A DNA stretch of 63,993 bases, filler included, from Circinaria calcarea (taxonomy: Eukaryota), in NCBI GenBank assembly GCA_051942165.1. It is 7 parts of 7 records of this genome, joined end to end, with 100 filler letters (N's around TTAATTAATTAA, not from the genome) between each part and the next. Parts side by side here need not be neighbours in the genome. Positions count along the whole stretch, not along the records: positions 1 to 9,207 come from JAVECS010000964.1; positions 9,308 to 18,504 come from JAVECS010000965.1; 5 more parts are not named here. One strand, 5' to 3'. Below the pieces are notes generated by a model. The model saw only the letters and a program-made list of their open reading frames with translations, was not told where the DNA came from and made no database searches. How positions within the stretch are numbered: position 1 is the first letter of the stretch; every line of letters starts with the position of its first letter. This document shows, piece after piece, positions 1-12,056 of this stretch. The position numbers and the translations under genes are program-made.

Positions 1-374
1 AGCCGGCAAAGTTGCATTGGAGCTGCATGAAATAGAACTTCACCCTCATCTCGCGCTCCTGCTCTGCCTTTCGGTTCATTCCGGCGCGCGACTTGTACCC
101 CGATGAATCAAACCACCAAAACAGTGCCTTTGCAAGGACAGGAAGATTGGACGATGTTCTACCCACGGTTACGCTCGCCCTCTCCCCACTTCGGAACCAA
201 AAGTACTTCGTCATGTCTGCATCCCTCTCGGCCTCTTGCACGACGGCACCCCGACTGATCAATCTTTGCACTGAAAAGAGCCATAGACGCATCTTGATAC
301 TAGAAAGACGCCCTGTCCAATCCGCTGTTCATGTTCGGTGTTGAAGCCGTAGAGACTTCGGCCCGGTTGTAGAT

Positions 375-3213
375 ATGTTCACTGCCTTCAACGGATCATG
401 CCAACCTCTCAACGTTCCCAGATTCGAAACCCGGAAGGCCTTGATCGTCTTGAACTTGCAAAATGACTCATTCGATACCAGCAAGGAGCTCGTCGTTTGT
501 GAGCCAAATGATTTCGTCGAGAAGATCAAGGCCATGGTCCCCTATTTCCGCAAAGTTGGAGATATCGTATGGGTGCGGACGGAATTTCAGGAGATCAAAC
601 CTGCTGGCCCGTCTACTGCCCACGGTGCTACGCAGCGGCCCCAGGCCGATGATTTGATTGCCAGGCAGTGCGAGCTGGCCGCTACAGATAATGAAGGGGA
701 AGACGATGGAGCCCAGCCACCTGTCGAGGCTTCTGACTATTTCCCTTCAAGCCGCAGCAAGGCAGCGATGAGACGGGCCTCCGCCAAGACAAGATCGGAT
801 CAACGCAAAGAGTTATATGAGGTATTTAATGCTAATCCGGATGATAATGTAGATGCATACGTTCACAAACCAAGGAAAGGTCAGCCTCCACAACTATATA
901 GACCGGGAACTCGTGGAGCGGCAATCACAGACGACGTTCTTCCTCTGGTGGACGAAGCTCGAGACCTAATTATAGTTAAACAACATTACTCGGCCTTGGA
1001 TGCCACTCCTCTCCTCATGTCACTCCGGATGAAACTGGTCACACACGTGTACTTATGTGGCCTCCTTACTAACGTTTCCATCCATGCGACTGCGGCAGAC
1101 GCTGCTCGACATGGGTTCGAAGTGACCGTAGTCGAGGACTGTCTAGGGTATCGGAGTGGAGCTAAACACGTTGATGCCATGCGCCAAATGGCCGATATAC
1201 TTGGTGTCTCCGGAATTGACAGCGAAGAACTTATTGACGAATCAGGCGGGCGGGAACCACCTGATGCCGAACTTGGATTTACGGGACCTGGTTACGACGG
1301 GATCCTGGGGATGCCTGGACACACAGTTATTCAAGTTTTCAACAACGCTAAGCACGGGACAGACAGTTCAGAGAAAGCTACTTCAGCCTCTCCAACGCAA
1401 AATTTCAAGAAGCTTCTGATTGGGGCGCAACCGGTGCCTATGACTACACAAGGGTCTACAATACAACTCACAGCTCGAGCAGATACTGTTCAAATTAATC
1501 GAACGGGAGAGACGGTCAAACACAATGATTCGAAAACACGGAACCCTAGAGCTTCAATTTCAGGTGACCCACCAAGTCCGCAAGACTTCAAGGCAGGTGG
1601 AAATGCCAAATTAACTTTAGGTCCGGGTGATAGTTTAGGTGATGGAGATTCCGAAATAGTATATGATGCTCTTTCCTCCCTCCTGGAAGGGACTGCTTTC
1701 TCGGCGGTCAAGACCGAGGTTGTCTGGCAGACGATGCACCACAGAAACGGCGAAGTCCCTCGAAGAGTTGCAGTGCAAGGCGAAGTGGGTAAAGATGGGA
1801 TCATCATCCCTATCTACCGACATCCAGCCGACGAGTCTCCGCCGTTGCAACCATTTACCGCTACGGTTGACAGGATACGAGCAGAGGTACAGAAACTCCT
1901 ACAACAACCTTTTAATCACGCCTTGATTCAATTATACCGTGATGGCCAAGATAACATATCAGAGCACTCCGACAAGGTCCGCTAGCCAGAGTGCTTGCCT
2001 TTGCGATCCATTGAGCTGACCGTATGAATAGACACTCGATATTGTGCGTGGAACGAGTATAGTAAATGTCAGTCTGGGGGCACAGCGCGTAATGACCTTG
2101 CGAACTAAAAAGTCAACGCAAATCGAAGAGCAAAAGGGCCCGTCAACGAATAGACAGATTCAACGCATCCCGATGCCCCACAATTCAATATTCATACTTG
2201 GACCCGGGACTAATCGGAGATGGCTCCATGGCATTCGCGCGGACAAGAGACGTCCGGTAGAACGGCTAGAGGAGGAGAAGGCTTTCGGCGGCGAACGTAT
2301 CTCAATTACGTTCCGACAAATAGGCACGTTCACAGAAACAACAACACGTAAAATCTGGGGCCAAGGTGCTCGATCCAGGACTCGGGAAAGTGCCGGAAGT
2401 ATCTCAACAAAGAGTTCGGAGATGGAGTCTATGATTATAGCATTTGGAAAGGAAAATCACCAAGCTGACTTTGACTGGGATACCGAGTACGGAGCTGGCT
2501 TCAACGTCGTGAACCTTGTAACGGGTGTCACAGAGCTCTGCCTATGCACGGACGAGATAGCCAATCTTCGTATCAAATTGGCTATTTTTGAAAGGAGGCT
2601 ACCATGCAAAATGATAAAGGGAAGCCTTACAAGACCTCGAGATCGGAGAAGTGCAAACAAACCAAAGACCATCTTCACTCTTTCCAGCAACGAAAATCCA
2701 GTTTTCCGCGACGTTGACGAAGACGCTTCCGAAGTAGCCGGCGACCTTGCTATACTATTCTACCTCGGAAAGTTTTACCCCATCATGCCAAACGACGAGG
2801 TGTCGGCCAAGCAAATCCATCGCCTCGAAGCCCTTGCGTACACCCGCATCACTCAAGCCAACGAGCTGCTCTATCTCTGGCAGGAACTGTGTAGCTCATC
2901 AACGACCGTCTCTACGCGAGAAGCTCCCACCCCCAATCACCAGAGCTCAGGACCGCCCGACGTTGCTGGTGAATCCCCGCTGAGTGATTTCGAGGCGGCC
3001 ATGGAGATATGGGAAGGTTACGCCGAGGCAGCCGAGTATGTGGGAGGAGACTTTTACACTGTCATCGACTGTGCCTTCTGGCCTGTTTTACACGACATCA
3101 CACGTAGGTGGGAGGATTGGAGCGAGGGCAGGTATCCGTATCTGACGGCATACTATCACAAGGTCGCTGCAAAGGAAAGTGTGAAGGAAGCCCTGGCAAA
3201 TCCGGTTGAATAG
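375..3213 (+). CDS. Isochorismatase-like / 2OG-Fe(II) oxygenase (AlkB-like) / GST-C-like multidomain protein; one intron 1977-2031
   Basis: N-terminal isochorismatase fold (ALIVLNLQND..VKQHYSA..LCGLLTNVSIHATA..GFEVTVVEDCLG). AlkB motifs HSD..WLHGI..RISITFR are joined across a GT..GCTGAC..TAG intron (HSDK|TLDIVRG). C-terminal GST-like segment (YVGGDFYTVIDCAFWPVL). Confidence 0.85.
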
Positions 3214-4005
3214 AAGGGAAAGGGGATTGAAGCTTCACCTCGGCAGTACATAGTATAGCCTGCACTGGTTAGCGGATGATAGATTTCCTACTATGGTAGA
3301 CATGTGGGAGCGCCGGAAAGCTGGACTCGCAGTCCCTGTCTTGCCAGTGAAGGGAGCTGGAGGGCAAGTACTGGATCTCCCAAATCCCAGAGATTTGTTG
3401 GGTCTATCAGCCTTGCAGTCACATGGTCTACCTGATTGCATGTGCATTGGGTTTCTATATCCGAGTACTACATATTACGTAGGCTGAGTGATCCGCGTGG
3501 GGCTAGCCGACCGTTACGTGGGTGTGGCGTCATAGCTTAAATTGCCGAGTTTCCGCAAATTGCATATTTCCCGGGGGGGACGCGTTAGAACATTTGCCAT
3601 GATGTGAGTGAGACGAGCCTCTGTATGAAGCCCAAGTGCTTTGTACAAGTAAACAGGGAGGCGAGGGGGAAGCAGCGTCGCCAGTCTAGAAGAACAATTG
3701 TCAAGTTTGGAAATTACGTCCTGTCTTTGTTAGATCTACACGCTGACGGGAGTGTAGAAGGGGCGGGCTCACATTCAGATTCACCACTTTTTCTCTCCTC
3801 GTGCATCCCATTGTGCAACAGTCCTTTCTCTACAGCCCTCGTGTACGCAAGTCATCATTCTTCTGCCCGACATCTTCCACAACGAACCATGTGCTCAAGC
3901 ATAACGCAATAGCTAACCGACTGCCTCGACTTCTCTGCACGACGGAGTGTTTACCATAAGCACCGCTTCGCCCTTACCACAAATCTCTAGCGGAAACACG
4001 TCGTC

Positions 4006-7000
4006 ATGGCTTCAGAAACAGCAGAGCGAGGTCCAACAAACATCCTTCCAATCCCCCCTCCGCTAGAATTTCCTTTTCCCCGTGAAGACAACACTGCCTC
4101 CGCTGCTCCGTCCACACGCAACACACACCCGTCGTCGGTGAATTTGGATGGAACTCCAACCACAAGTGCAAACGGTACAATTGCTGGAAGCCCTACTTAC
4201 GGTCCGACTACACTCAATGGAACCGTCAAGCCAGATGAGTCGCAGCACCGTCCGGTCATGGCACGCAAGAAGTTCATGACGGAAAGGCCTGTGCCGGCTC
4301 AGCGAGGGTCATTACTGCGTATGAAGAGAAGGCTGACCGGCGGTAAACCGAACACTCGGGATGTCGCTGCCTGGAACTCGGACTCCGATAGCTTGAGCTC
4401 GCCTTCTTCCTCCGAGGACGAAGAGTCCAATGGGATCACCAGAAAACCCTCCAGGACGAGCGGACGATCGACCACCAGGGCGCGGGCAGACTCGGCCAAG
4501 AAAGCCGCTGGCAACAGAGGGTCATTCTCCAAGTTCTCGCTGGGTGATGACAACTACCAAACGCGTGGAAGGGTATCAAAACGGGATGGTAGATTGAACC
4601 TCAGTATCAGAGATGCAGCCCATAAGGGTTACTTGGCCAAAGCTCTAGGTGCGACGCTGCCACATCGTGTTCTCGGCGACAAACATTCTGCTCCTGAGCA
4701 ACAGCCGCTTTCGCCGCTGAGAGAGGAGGATGCGGTACGAAGACCCGAGTTCTCGCGAGCAGGGACGGCCTCTACTACTGCCCTTTCTGTCTATGATAAG
4801 TATCCCATACCGAAACTGAACATAGTCGTCATGGTGATTGGCAGTAGAGGTGACATACAGCCTTTTCTTAAGTTGGGCAAGCTTCTTAAGGAGGAGCATG
4901 GGCATCGCGTACGGATAGCCACGCATCCTGCATTCAAGAAGTTCGTGGAGCAGGACACGGGTCTTGAGTTTTTTTCCGTTGGGGGGAATCCTGCTGAGAT
5001 CATGGCTTTCATGGTGAAGAATCCCGGCCTTATTCCCAAGGCAGAAACCATCAAGGCCGGTGAGATCGGACGTAGGCGCGATTCTATGTACGAGATGTTC
5101 CAAGGATTCTGGCGGGCATGCATCAATGCCACCGACAACGAGAGAGACCCCGGCAACGTGCAAATGATGGATGACAAACATCCATTCGTGGCGGATGTCA
5201 TAATAGCCAACCCGCCATCCTTTGCTCACGTGCATTGCGCAGAACGCTTAGGGATTCCACTGCATCTTATGTTCACCTTCCCAAACAGTCCCACCCAGCA
5301 GTTCCCTCACCCGTTGACCAACATCAAGCAAAGTGACGTCGACGCCAGCTATACCAACTTTATGTCATATCCACTGGTCGAGATGCTGTGAGTCACTCCT
5401 CGGAGCGTGGCAGAACGTGCAAATAACTTTGATAGGATATGGCAAGGCCTCGGAGACTTAGTCAATAGTTTCAGAGTCAAAACCTTAGGGCTAGAGCCTG
5501 TGTCAACACTTTGGGCACCAGGCCAGCTGTTCCGACAAAAGGTGCCATACTCCTACTTGTGGTCGCCTGGACTGGTTCCTAAGCCTGCAGATTGGGGACC
5601 AGAGATAGACGTTGTAGGTTACGTCTTCCTCGATCTGGCTTCCTATAAACCACCTGAAACACTTATGGAATTTCTTGAAGCTGGTGACCCACCTGTTTAT
5701 ATCGGGTTTGGAAGTATCGTCGTCGATGATGCTGATAAGTTCACCACTGTGATATTTGAGGCAGTTAAGAAAGCTGGGGTAAGAGCGCTTGTCAGCAAAG
5801 GCTGGGGAAACCTCGGCGACGAAGGCAACACACCAGACAACATTTACATGCTTGGTGATACGCCCCATGACTGGCTGTTCCCCCGGGTTAGTACGGTCGT
5901 GCATCATGGCGGAGCTGGGTCGACTGCTGCAGGACTGAGATGTGGTAAACCGACATTGATTGTGCCGTTCTTCGCAGATCAGCCATTTTGGGGTGCTATG
6001 GTTGCAAAATCAGGAGCAGGGTCACAACCGATTCCGTACAAGCATTTGACATCCGACAAGCTCGCCGCGGGTATCAAGTATCTCTTGAGTCCAGAAGCGA
6101 AGGCACATGCAGAAGAGATCGCTAAGAGTATTGCCGAAGAAGGTGATGGAGCAGCAAACGCAGTCAAGTCTTTTCACCGTAGTCTTCCACTCCGTGGAGA
6201 ACTTTCTATGCGTTGTGCTATCCTGCAGGATCGTGTGGCAGTTTGGACACTTAAAGGTACGAGGGTAAAGCTCTCTGCCCTTGCCGCCAGTATCTTGGTC
6301 CAAAAGAAGAAAGTCAAATGGCATGATCTGAGGCTATTACGACACTACGAGTGGAACGATTTTGCAGGAGCTGGTGAGCCACTAACTGGTGGCGGTGCCG
6401 CAATCGTCAAAACCACAGGCGGAGTCGTTAAGGGTATTGGAGGTATTCCGGTTAGATTGGCGAAAAGTATCAAGAAGCACGAGAAGCATACAAAGGAGCA
6501 AAGGAGACGCAAGAGCTTGCAGGTGGCTATAAAACGTCAGGATAATGGTAATGGACATAAGATAGACGGACATACAAACCATGGCGAGGCAAAAGACAAT
6601 ATCGGTAAGCCACCGGAGGAGGGGGCCAGCGTGGGCGGGCTAAACATCTTCCAGATACGACTGCAACAAACGGCACTGCCAAATTAGAGGCGAGCAATAG
6701 AAACAATACCTCGCATGGTGTCTCCGACGGCGTCCATGCAGGTCACGAGGGTAACGAGGACGGTGGATCCATCAGCTCTGTTAGCACAATTTGCTCCGAA
6801 GAAAACGTTGCACAAGGCCTGGTTACAGAAACGGGGCATGGTCTTGCTATGACAGGTGGGGCTATTGTAAAGGGTAGGGTGTATCCTATACTTCGTCTCA
6901 ATGGTCGAATATATGACTGACTAGATTACTTCGATAGCCCCAATGGATATTTCGCTTGCCCTTGCCCAGGGATTCCACAATGCTCCTCGGCTCTATGGTG

Positions 7001-7776
7001 ACACCACCGTCAGAAAGCCTATACGCATTAATGGTTATAAATCCGGTCTTCGTGCAGCGGGTGAAGAATTTGGCTACGGCATTTATGATGGTTGGACTGG
7101 CCTTGTAAAGCATCCATACCAAGGCGCAAAGAAGGACGGGGCCTTGGGCTTCGTCAAAGGCGTAGGGAAAGGGGTCGGTGGGTTTCTGCTCAAAGACCTC
7201 GCCGCCCTCTTCGGGCCATTTGGGTATGCCATGAAGGGCATTCATAAAGAACTTGTAAAAGACAAGCAAGCCACCGACTTCATTCGCCAAGCAAGAAGGA
7301 TTCAAGGCCAGCAGGATTTGATGGCTTTGGACGCCGGTGGAAAAGAAGAAGCTATCAGGATGGTGTGTCAAGGATGGCACATCATTATCGATGTCCGCAC
7401 CGACTTTGAAGAATTGAAACATCATGGTATCCGCGGGCGAATTGCTTTCCACAAGGAACGCAAATACTGGCGCAAGCACGGGGCATTTGAGAATGTGGAG
7501 CAGGCCAATCGGGCGTTAGAAGCTAAGAGGAATGGGGAAGATTTCGACAAGGTGTTCGGACGGCAAATGTGGGAGTTGAAGAAGGCAGAGGGGCCGCGAA
7601 AGAGTACGATGAATCGGAAGCAAAGAAAGGCTCACTCATCAACGGCGGGGGCGGGGCAAAACATCGGAGATAGCAAAATCGATGGGGTGCTAGCAGGTGG
7701 CCACACAGGTACCGATATTGGGGATAAGGCCGCCATCAGTACACAGGGAGATGACCAGGCTGGGCGGCATCATTAG
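4006..7776 (+). CDS. Sterol 3-beta-glucosyltransferase-like UDP-glycosyltransferase (GT1/Glyco_transf_28); introns 5388-5435, probable 6605-6654, and 6874-6937
   Basis: Motifs IGSRGDIQPF, RVRIATH, ANPPSFAHVHCAE, PVYIGFGS, PHDWLFP..HHGGAG and VPFFADQPFWG; C-terminal APMDISLALAQGFHNAPRLYGD domain; canonical splice signals join the ORFs. Confidence 0.88.
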
Positions 7777-8180
7777 AAGTTAGAAGATATCCTGGCAGAG
7801 CGAGCGGGGAAGGAGATTGATGACGGGGTCGAGAATGGAGCATTATCACTCTCGGTCCCCTTGTGGCCTGCATTGATCGAGGGTGAAGAGATCTGGGAGT
7901 TTAGGTATACCCCTTTGCTGGCGGCATTAGCATAGTACACCTCGTAGCCTGTGCCTTTGTCTGGAATAGCAATACCTCATCAAGTGACATATGAGCTATT
8001 GAAAAGCTTTACCTCGGGAGTACACGCACCAAGTTCCTTGCTCTCGACGTTGAAATTGGGGAGGGGACAGTGAGCCCCACTTCCGACCGCTAACTTACAG
8101 GTTGGGGTGCAAGCGCTACCTCGGGAGGCTAGGCAAGCACGGACCTTACCTTCTTCAAGCAAGGGTCCCCGCCAGGCTAA

Positions 8181-8200
8181 TGTAAATAATCGCGTCGCGC
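8181..8200. promoter_or_regulatory. Forkhead-like (GTAAATA) and MCB-like (TCGCGTCGCG) elements upstream of mrc1
   Basis: The sequence tgtaaataat cgcgtcgcgc lies about 115-130 nt upstream of the ATG of a putative S-phase checkpoint gene. Confidence 0.45.
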
Positions 8201-8313
8201 TTCAACACGTAACACGTCTTCTCGTTTAGCATATCATGCAGAATTACCGGTACAGCTGTTACACCATATATCAACCATATGGCTTGATGCCGTAAAAAAA
8301 CACGGGAAAAGCA

Positions 8314-9207
8314 ATGTCGCTCCCGTCTACTCCAGATTTTTCAATTGAGGGTTCGATCGTCTCATCACCCGGACCAGAACTCAGTAGGGTACCAATGGAT
8401 CAACTCACGCCGAGGAGTAAAGTCAAGTCCATGCTGGCTGCTTTGGACGATTCCGATTCTAACGGGGAGTCTCAAGAATCTTCAAGGGCAGTAGGAAACG
8501 CCAGAAAGAGAGTGGTCGAGTCTCTCCGGAAGGCTGAGGATACAATTGCCGAAAGAAGAGAGGGGGCGATCACGGCGATCACGGAAAGTGGTGCAGAAGA
8601 GGACATTCAGCAGGATGACATAGTTGCACCTAGAGGCAAGCTCGCTGCTCGTCTGCATGGGCAGCCTACTACCACCGCTGGGAAAGCGGAATTAGGCAAG
8701 GACCCCAGCGCCAATGCCTATGAGCGGGTCAAGCAACAATTACTACAAAAACCTCAACCATCTGTCAGAGTGACGTCTGAGGACAGTGTTACTTCTAACG
8801 GGTCGGACCAAGAGGTCCCAACAACCAGGAAACTGTTACGAGGCAAGAGACCAAAGGCAATCGCCTCGGACAGTGAGGCTTCATCTATCCTAACTCCAGA
8901 ACGACGAAAGCCATCGCCCGGACTGTTCCTTACGCCTGAAGAACCTCAACCAGCAGAGAAGCCCACGATTGTAATTGATCCTTCGGGTCTTTTTCTCACG
9001 CCTGAAGAACCTAAGCTGGCGAACAAACCCTCAAACCGAAGTGATTCCTCGGGTCTCTTTCTCACGCCTACACCGACGAAAGCATCTGCGCCTACCGAAG
9101 TACAGGATCAAAGCAATGGCTCGGACTCTGATCTCCCTCTCGAGCCACAAGCCAAATCTCGTTTCCTTGCACTTGTGGCGAGAAAGCGGGAGGAACGACA
9201 AGCAAGA
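8314..9207 (+). CDS. mrc1: Mrc1/claspin-like replication checkpoint mediator, N-terminal part (truncated by contig end)
   Basis: Motifs typical of filamentous-fungal Mrc1 N-termini: LTPRSKVKSMLAALDDSDS, PRGKLAARL, AYERVKQQL, RFLALVARKREERQ. Confidence 0.7.
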
Positions 9208-9307
9208 NNNNNNNNNNNNNNNNNNNNNNNNNNNNNNNNNNNNNNNNNNNNTTAATTAATTAANNNNNNNNNNNNNNNNNNNNNNNNNNNNNNNNNNNNN
9301 NNNNNNN
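9208..9307. other. Artificial contig linker N44-TTAATTAATTAA-N44
   Basis: All-frame stop spacer flanked by Ns; identical at six sites. Confidence 0.99.
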
Positions 9308-11661
9308 GGATTGGAGATGGGAAGGGGGGATAAAGGGGAGGGGGTCGACTGACCATTAGATGAGAGGGCTAGCATGATGGATTCGTCGTCGATGAACTTG
9401 GCGTCTTGGATAAGCCCCTCTGGCAGTTTTACCACGGCGAGTTCGTGGGATTTCGTGGAGCTGATACCGTTTGAAATTTCGAGGGTTACTTTGTGGATTT
9501 TCACTGGGGGTAACGTGTAAGGTTTATGCTGAGAGGTTCATGGAACCCAGGTGACTTACGAATATAGCGCAATTTGTGTGTGACGGTTAAGAAGTAGGTG
9601 GTGCATTCGTCTGGGTCCTAGGGTGCGTGTCAGTCAATCTCGAGAGCTGTAAACCACCCCTGAACAACTTACCTCTACCAGCATTCTCATGTCGTAGCAT
9701 CGACTAGGCAAGTTTTCTAGCCAGACAATGTTGCCGAATCTTACCTTTCTTTTTTGAGTCTCCGCAATCCTCGTGAATACGATTCGACACTGTGATTCAA
9801 GACGAGTGACTAGCATGGCCAGGCCGGGAGGTTTTCTATCTGGTAAGGACCCTTTACCAAAAGTCTTGAGATCTTTCTTGTATGCATCGTATATCGACCT
9901 TCCTTCCTTTGCTAGATTCCATGATGGACGCTCATCGCTCTCAGGCTGGATATTCAACAACTCAATCAACCGACTCTGAAGCATCGCACCTTGGACATAA
10001 TCCAGGATGCTCGCATAATCGAGCATGGCATCTTTCTCCGTAGACTCATCGGCTGAAAGTGACGACGGATCCGTGGCCTGCATTTCGATTTCATGCCGAA
10101 GCCATGCAGAGAAAGCGGAGAACTGACGAAGCTCGGATCCGGCTGAGATTAAGATGTTATGTGCAAGTAATTGCAGGCAGTTGACCGTGTCGAGTACGCC
10201 TTCAAGTTCCTGGAAAACAAGGCCAAGGGGACCGGTCGATTCTTGGAATCGGGATAGGCCCCGGAGTCGACTAACAAGGACACTTAATCGCTCCAAAGCT
10301 GGTATAAGGTTCTCGTGCACGAAGCGTCGAATGTTTTCGTAGCCACTGCTCGCTGCCTTCTCCCATCTTTTGTGTCCCTGAGGCTCGTTTTAGTTACGAA
10401 CGCGGGTGGATCCTCCGGACCAACGTACCCTCTCCCCGAGCTCGTCAACCAGCCACTCCTTCACGGAAGGGTAACATATTCCGGTGACAACAAGGTGATA
10501 CGCTGCCTGAACCCAGCTGCATTGGTTTTGTTCCTGCAGAGTTTCGTCAACGTTCCGGATGAACTTGCTTGGTAAGTCTTGGGAGGCCTTGAATTCACTG
10601 TAGATCTGAGCCTGCAATTCTTGAATGTAGCGCAATATGTTATGGAGTTGGGTTGACTTCGCAGCGAGTAGTGAGAGGTATCTCCCGGTCTCGGGGATCA
10701 ACCGCAGGTCAAGGGGTAGAAAACGTAGCTCCATAATGTTATCAAACAAGTTTGCCACAAGCAAAGCATGGGTAGACGAGTAAGGATGAGAAGTATGCTT
10801 TATTATCCTAGGATCCTGGAGATAAGCTGAAATCTGCCGTACGCTGAAAGTCCCAATTTCAAAAAAGTCGTAGATGCTCAAATGGATAGTGCCATCTTCG
10901 AAGCCTAAAAGTAGAACGTCCGTCGAATCGTTATAGTCCTTTTTGGATGCATGGAAGATGGCATCTAATGACGCCCTGGAACTGAAGAGCTCGTCCCTGG
11001 AGAGCGGTTAGCAGACGCTGGAATGTGATGTGAAGCCTCCTGACGCACTCCTTGCCTCCGGCAGGTAATGTACTCAGTCTCGGTAGGATGCCCTCAACGT
11101 CAAGGAATGCCAGCTCGGTTGGTAAGTCGAGGGGTACATTAGAAGGTTGCGCCTGCGGGCCACGGCCAAGCACCTCGTCAAGATCCACTGTAGTACCTAG
11201 ATTCACGGGCCCACTCTTGTAGGTGAAATTCAGACCCCATCCTAAACAACAGATGCTGGCCTTTGGAAAGGCCGGGGAGCGGATTCGATGGACCGGTTTA
11301 CCGGTCTGAGCACTAATCAGGGAAACCGAGGAAGTGCTGAAGGCGATTGCAAGCAGTTGTCCTGGGGAAGGTCTCAGCCAATCCTCCAGACTTAAATGTC
11401 TGCGAGACGCCGGGGCAAAGGCTGACCATCTGGTTTCCACTTCAATCCGCTTATCCTGCAATCGGGATTCTTGTTGGCAAACCCAAAAACCCGCTGACCG
11501 TTGAGTCGGAAGACATTTACTTGCTCATCGATATAAGACGAAGCCAACAAATCCATTGTAGGACAGTACGCAACATGCTGGGGCGACAACATCCGGGGAA
11601 GGATCTTTTCAGCTAGCATGTGCATGGCTCTCTCATCGTCCATATAGATGTCCTGATTCAT
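9308..11661 (-). CDS. apc4: Anaphase-promoting complex subunit 4 (Apc4/Cut20), multi-exon, 3' truncated
   Basis: LAEKIL..AYCPTMDLLA..VFRLNGQRVFG..WKPDG WD40 N-terminus; DLPSKFIRNVDETL, AAYHLVVTG..KEWLVDELGER, HENLIPALER, ELRQFSAFSAWLRHEIE. Confidence 0.9.
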
Positions 11662-12056
11662 TGCAAGTTAAATGTTCTCAAGTCCTAAAGTGTCCTGGTA
11701 GGCTGATTCGTGTGCCTAACAACTCATGCTTGTTCTTTGATTATGATTTCTGCATAGGAAGATGTGAGGTCTCTGGTGTCGATTTAGGGTTCAAAGGGCC
11801 TGGGGAGCCGTAAAGCCTACAGGGTTCAAGCCAAAACTTGTGTGGAGTATCGCTACATCTATACACAGGTCTGCTTGGAGAAATTGGACAATTTTGAATT
11901 CAGAGCAACTCTTTACCATGACATACATGAGAGAACACTTCCCCCTTTGCAGCCAACGCTTAATGGCATAGAGCGACATAAAATAGGCGCCACGTGATAT
12001 CTTCGCGAGCAATGCCATGACAACCTCTACCTGTAAAAGGGCGACGGTGATATCCC

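Noticed and set aside
4645..7479. Long antisense ORFs over the glucosyltransferase gene (and similar ones over USP, gcn3 and jhd1)
   Set aside because: They are shadow frames of strongly supported genes and have no recognisable motifs.
9252..9263. Recurring palindromic TTAATTAATTAA as a piggyBac target site, terminal inverted repeat or regulatory repeat
   Set aside because: It is always centred in N-runs of fixed length, so it is a synthetic all-frame stop linker.
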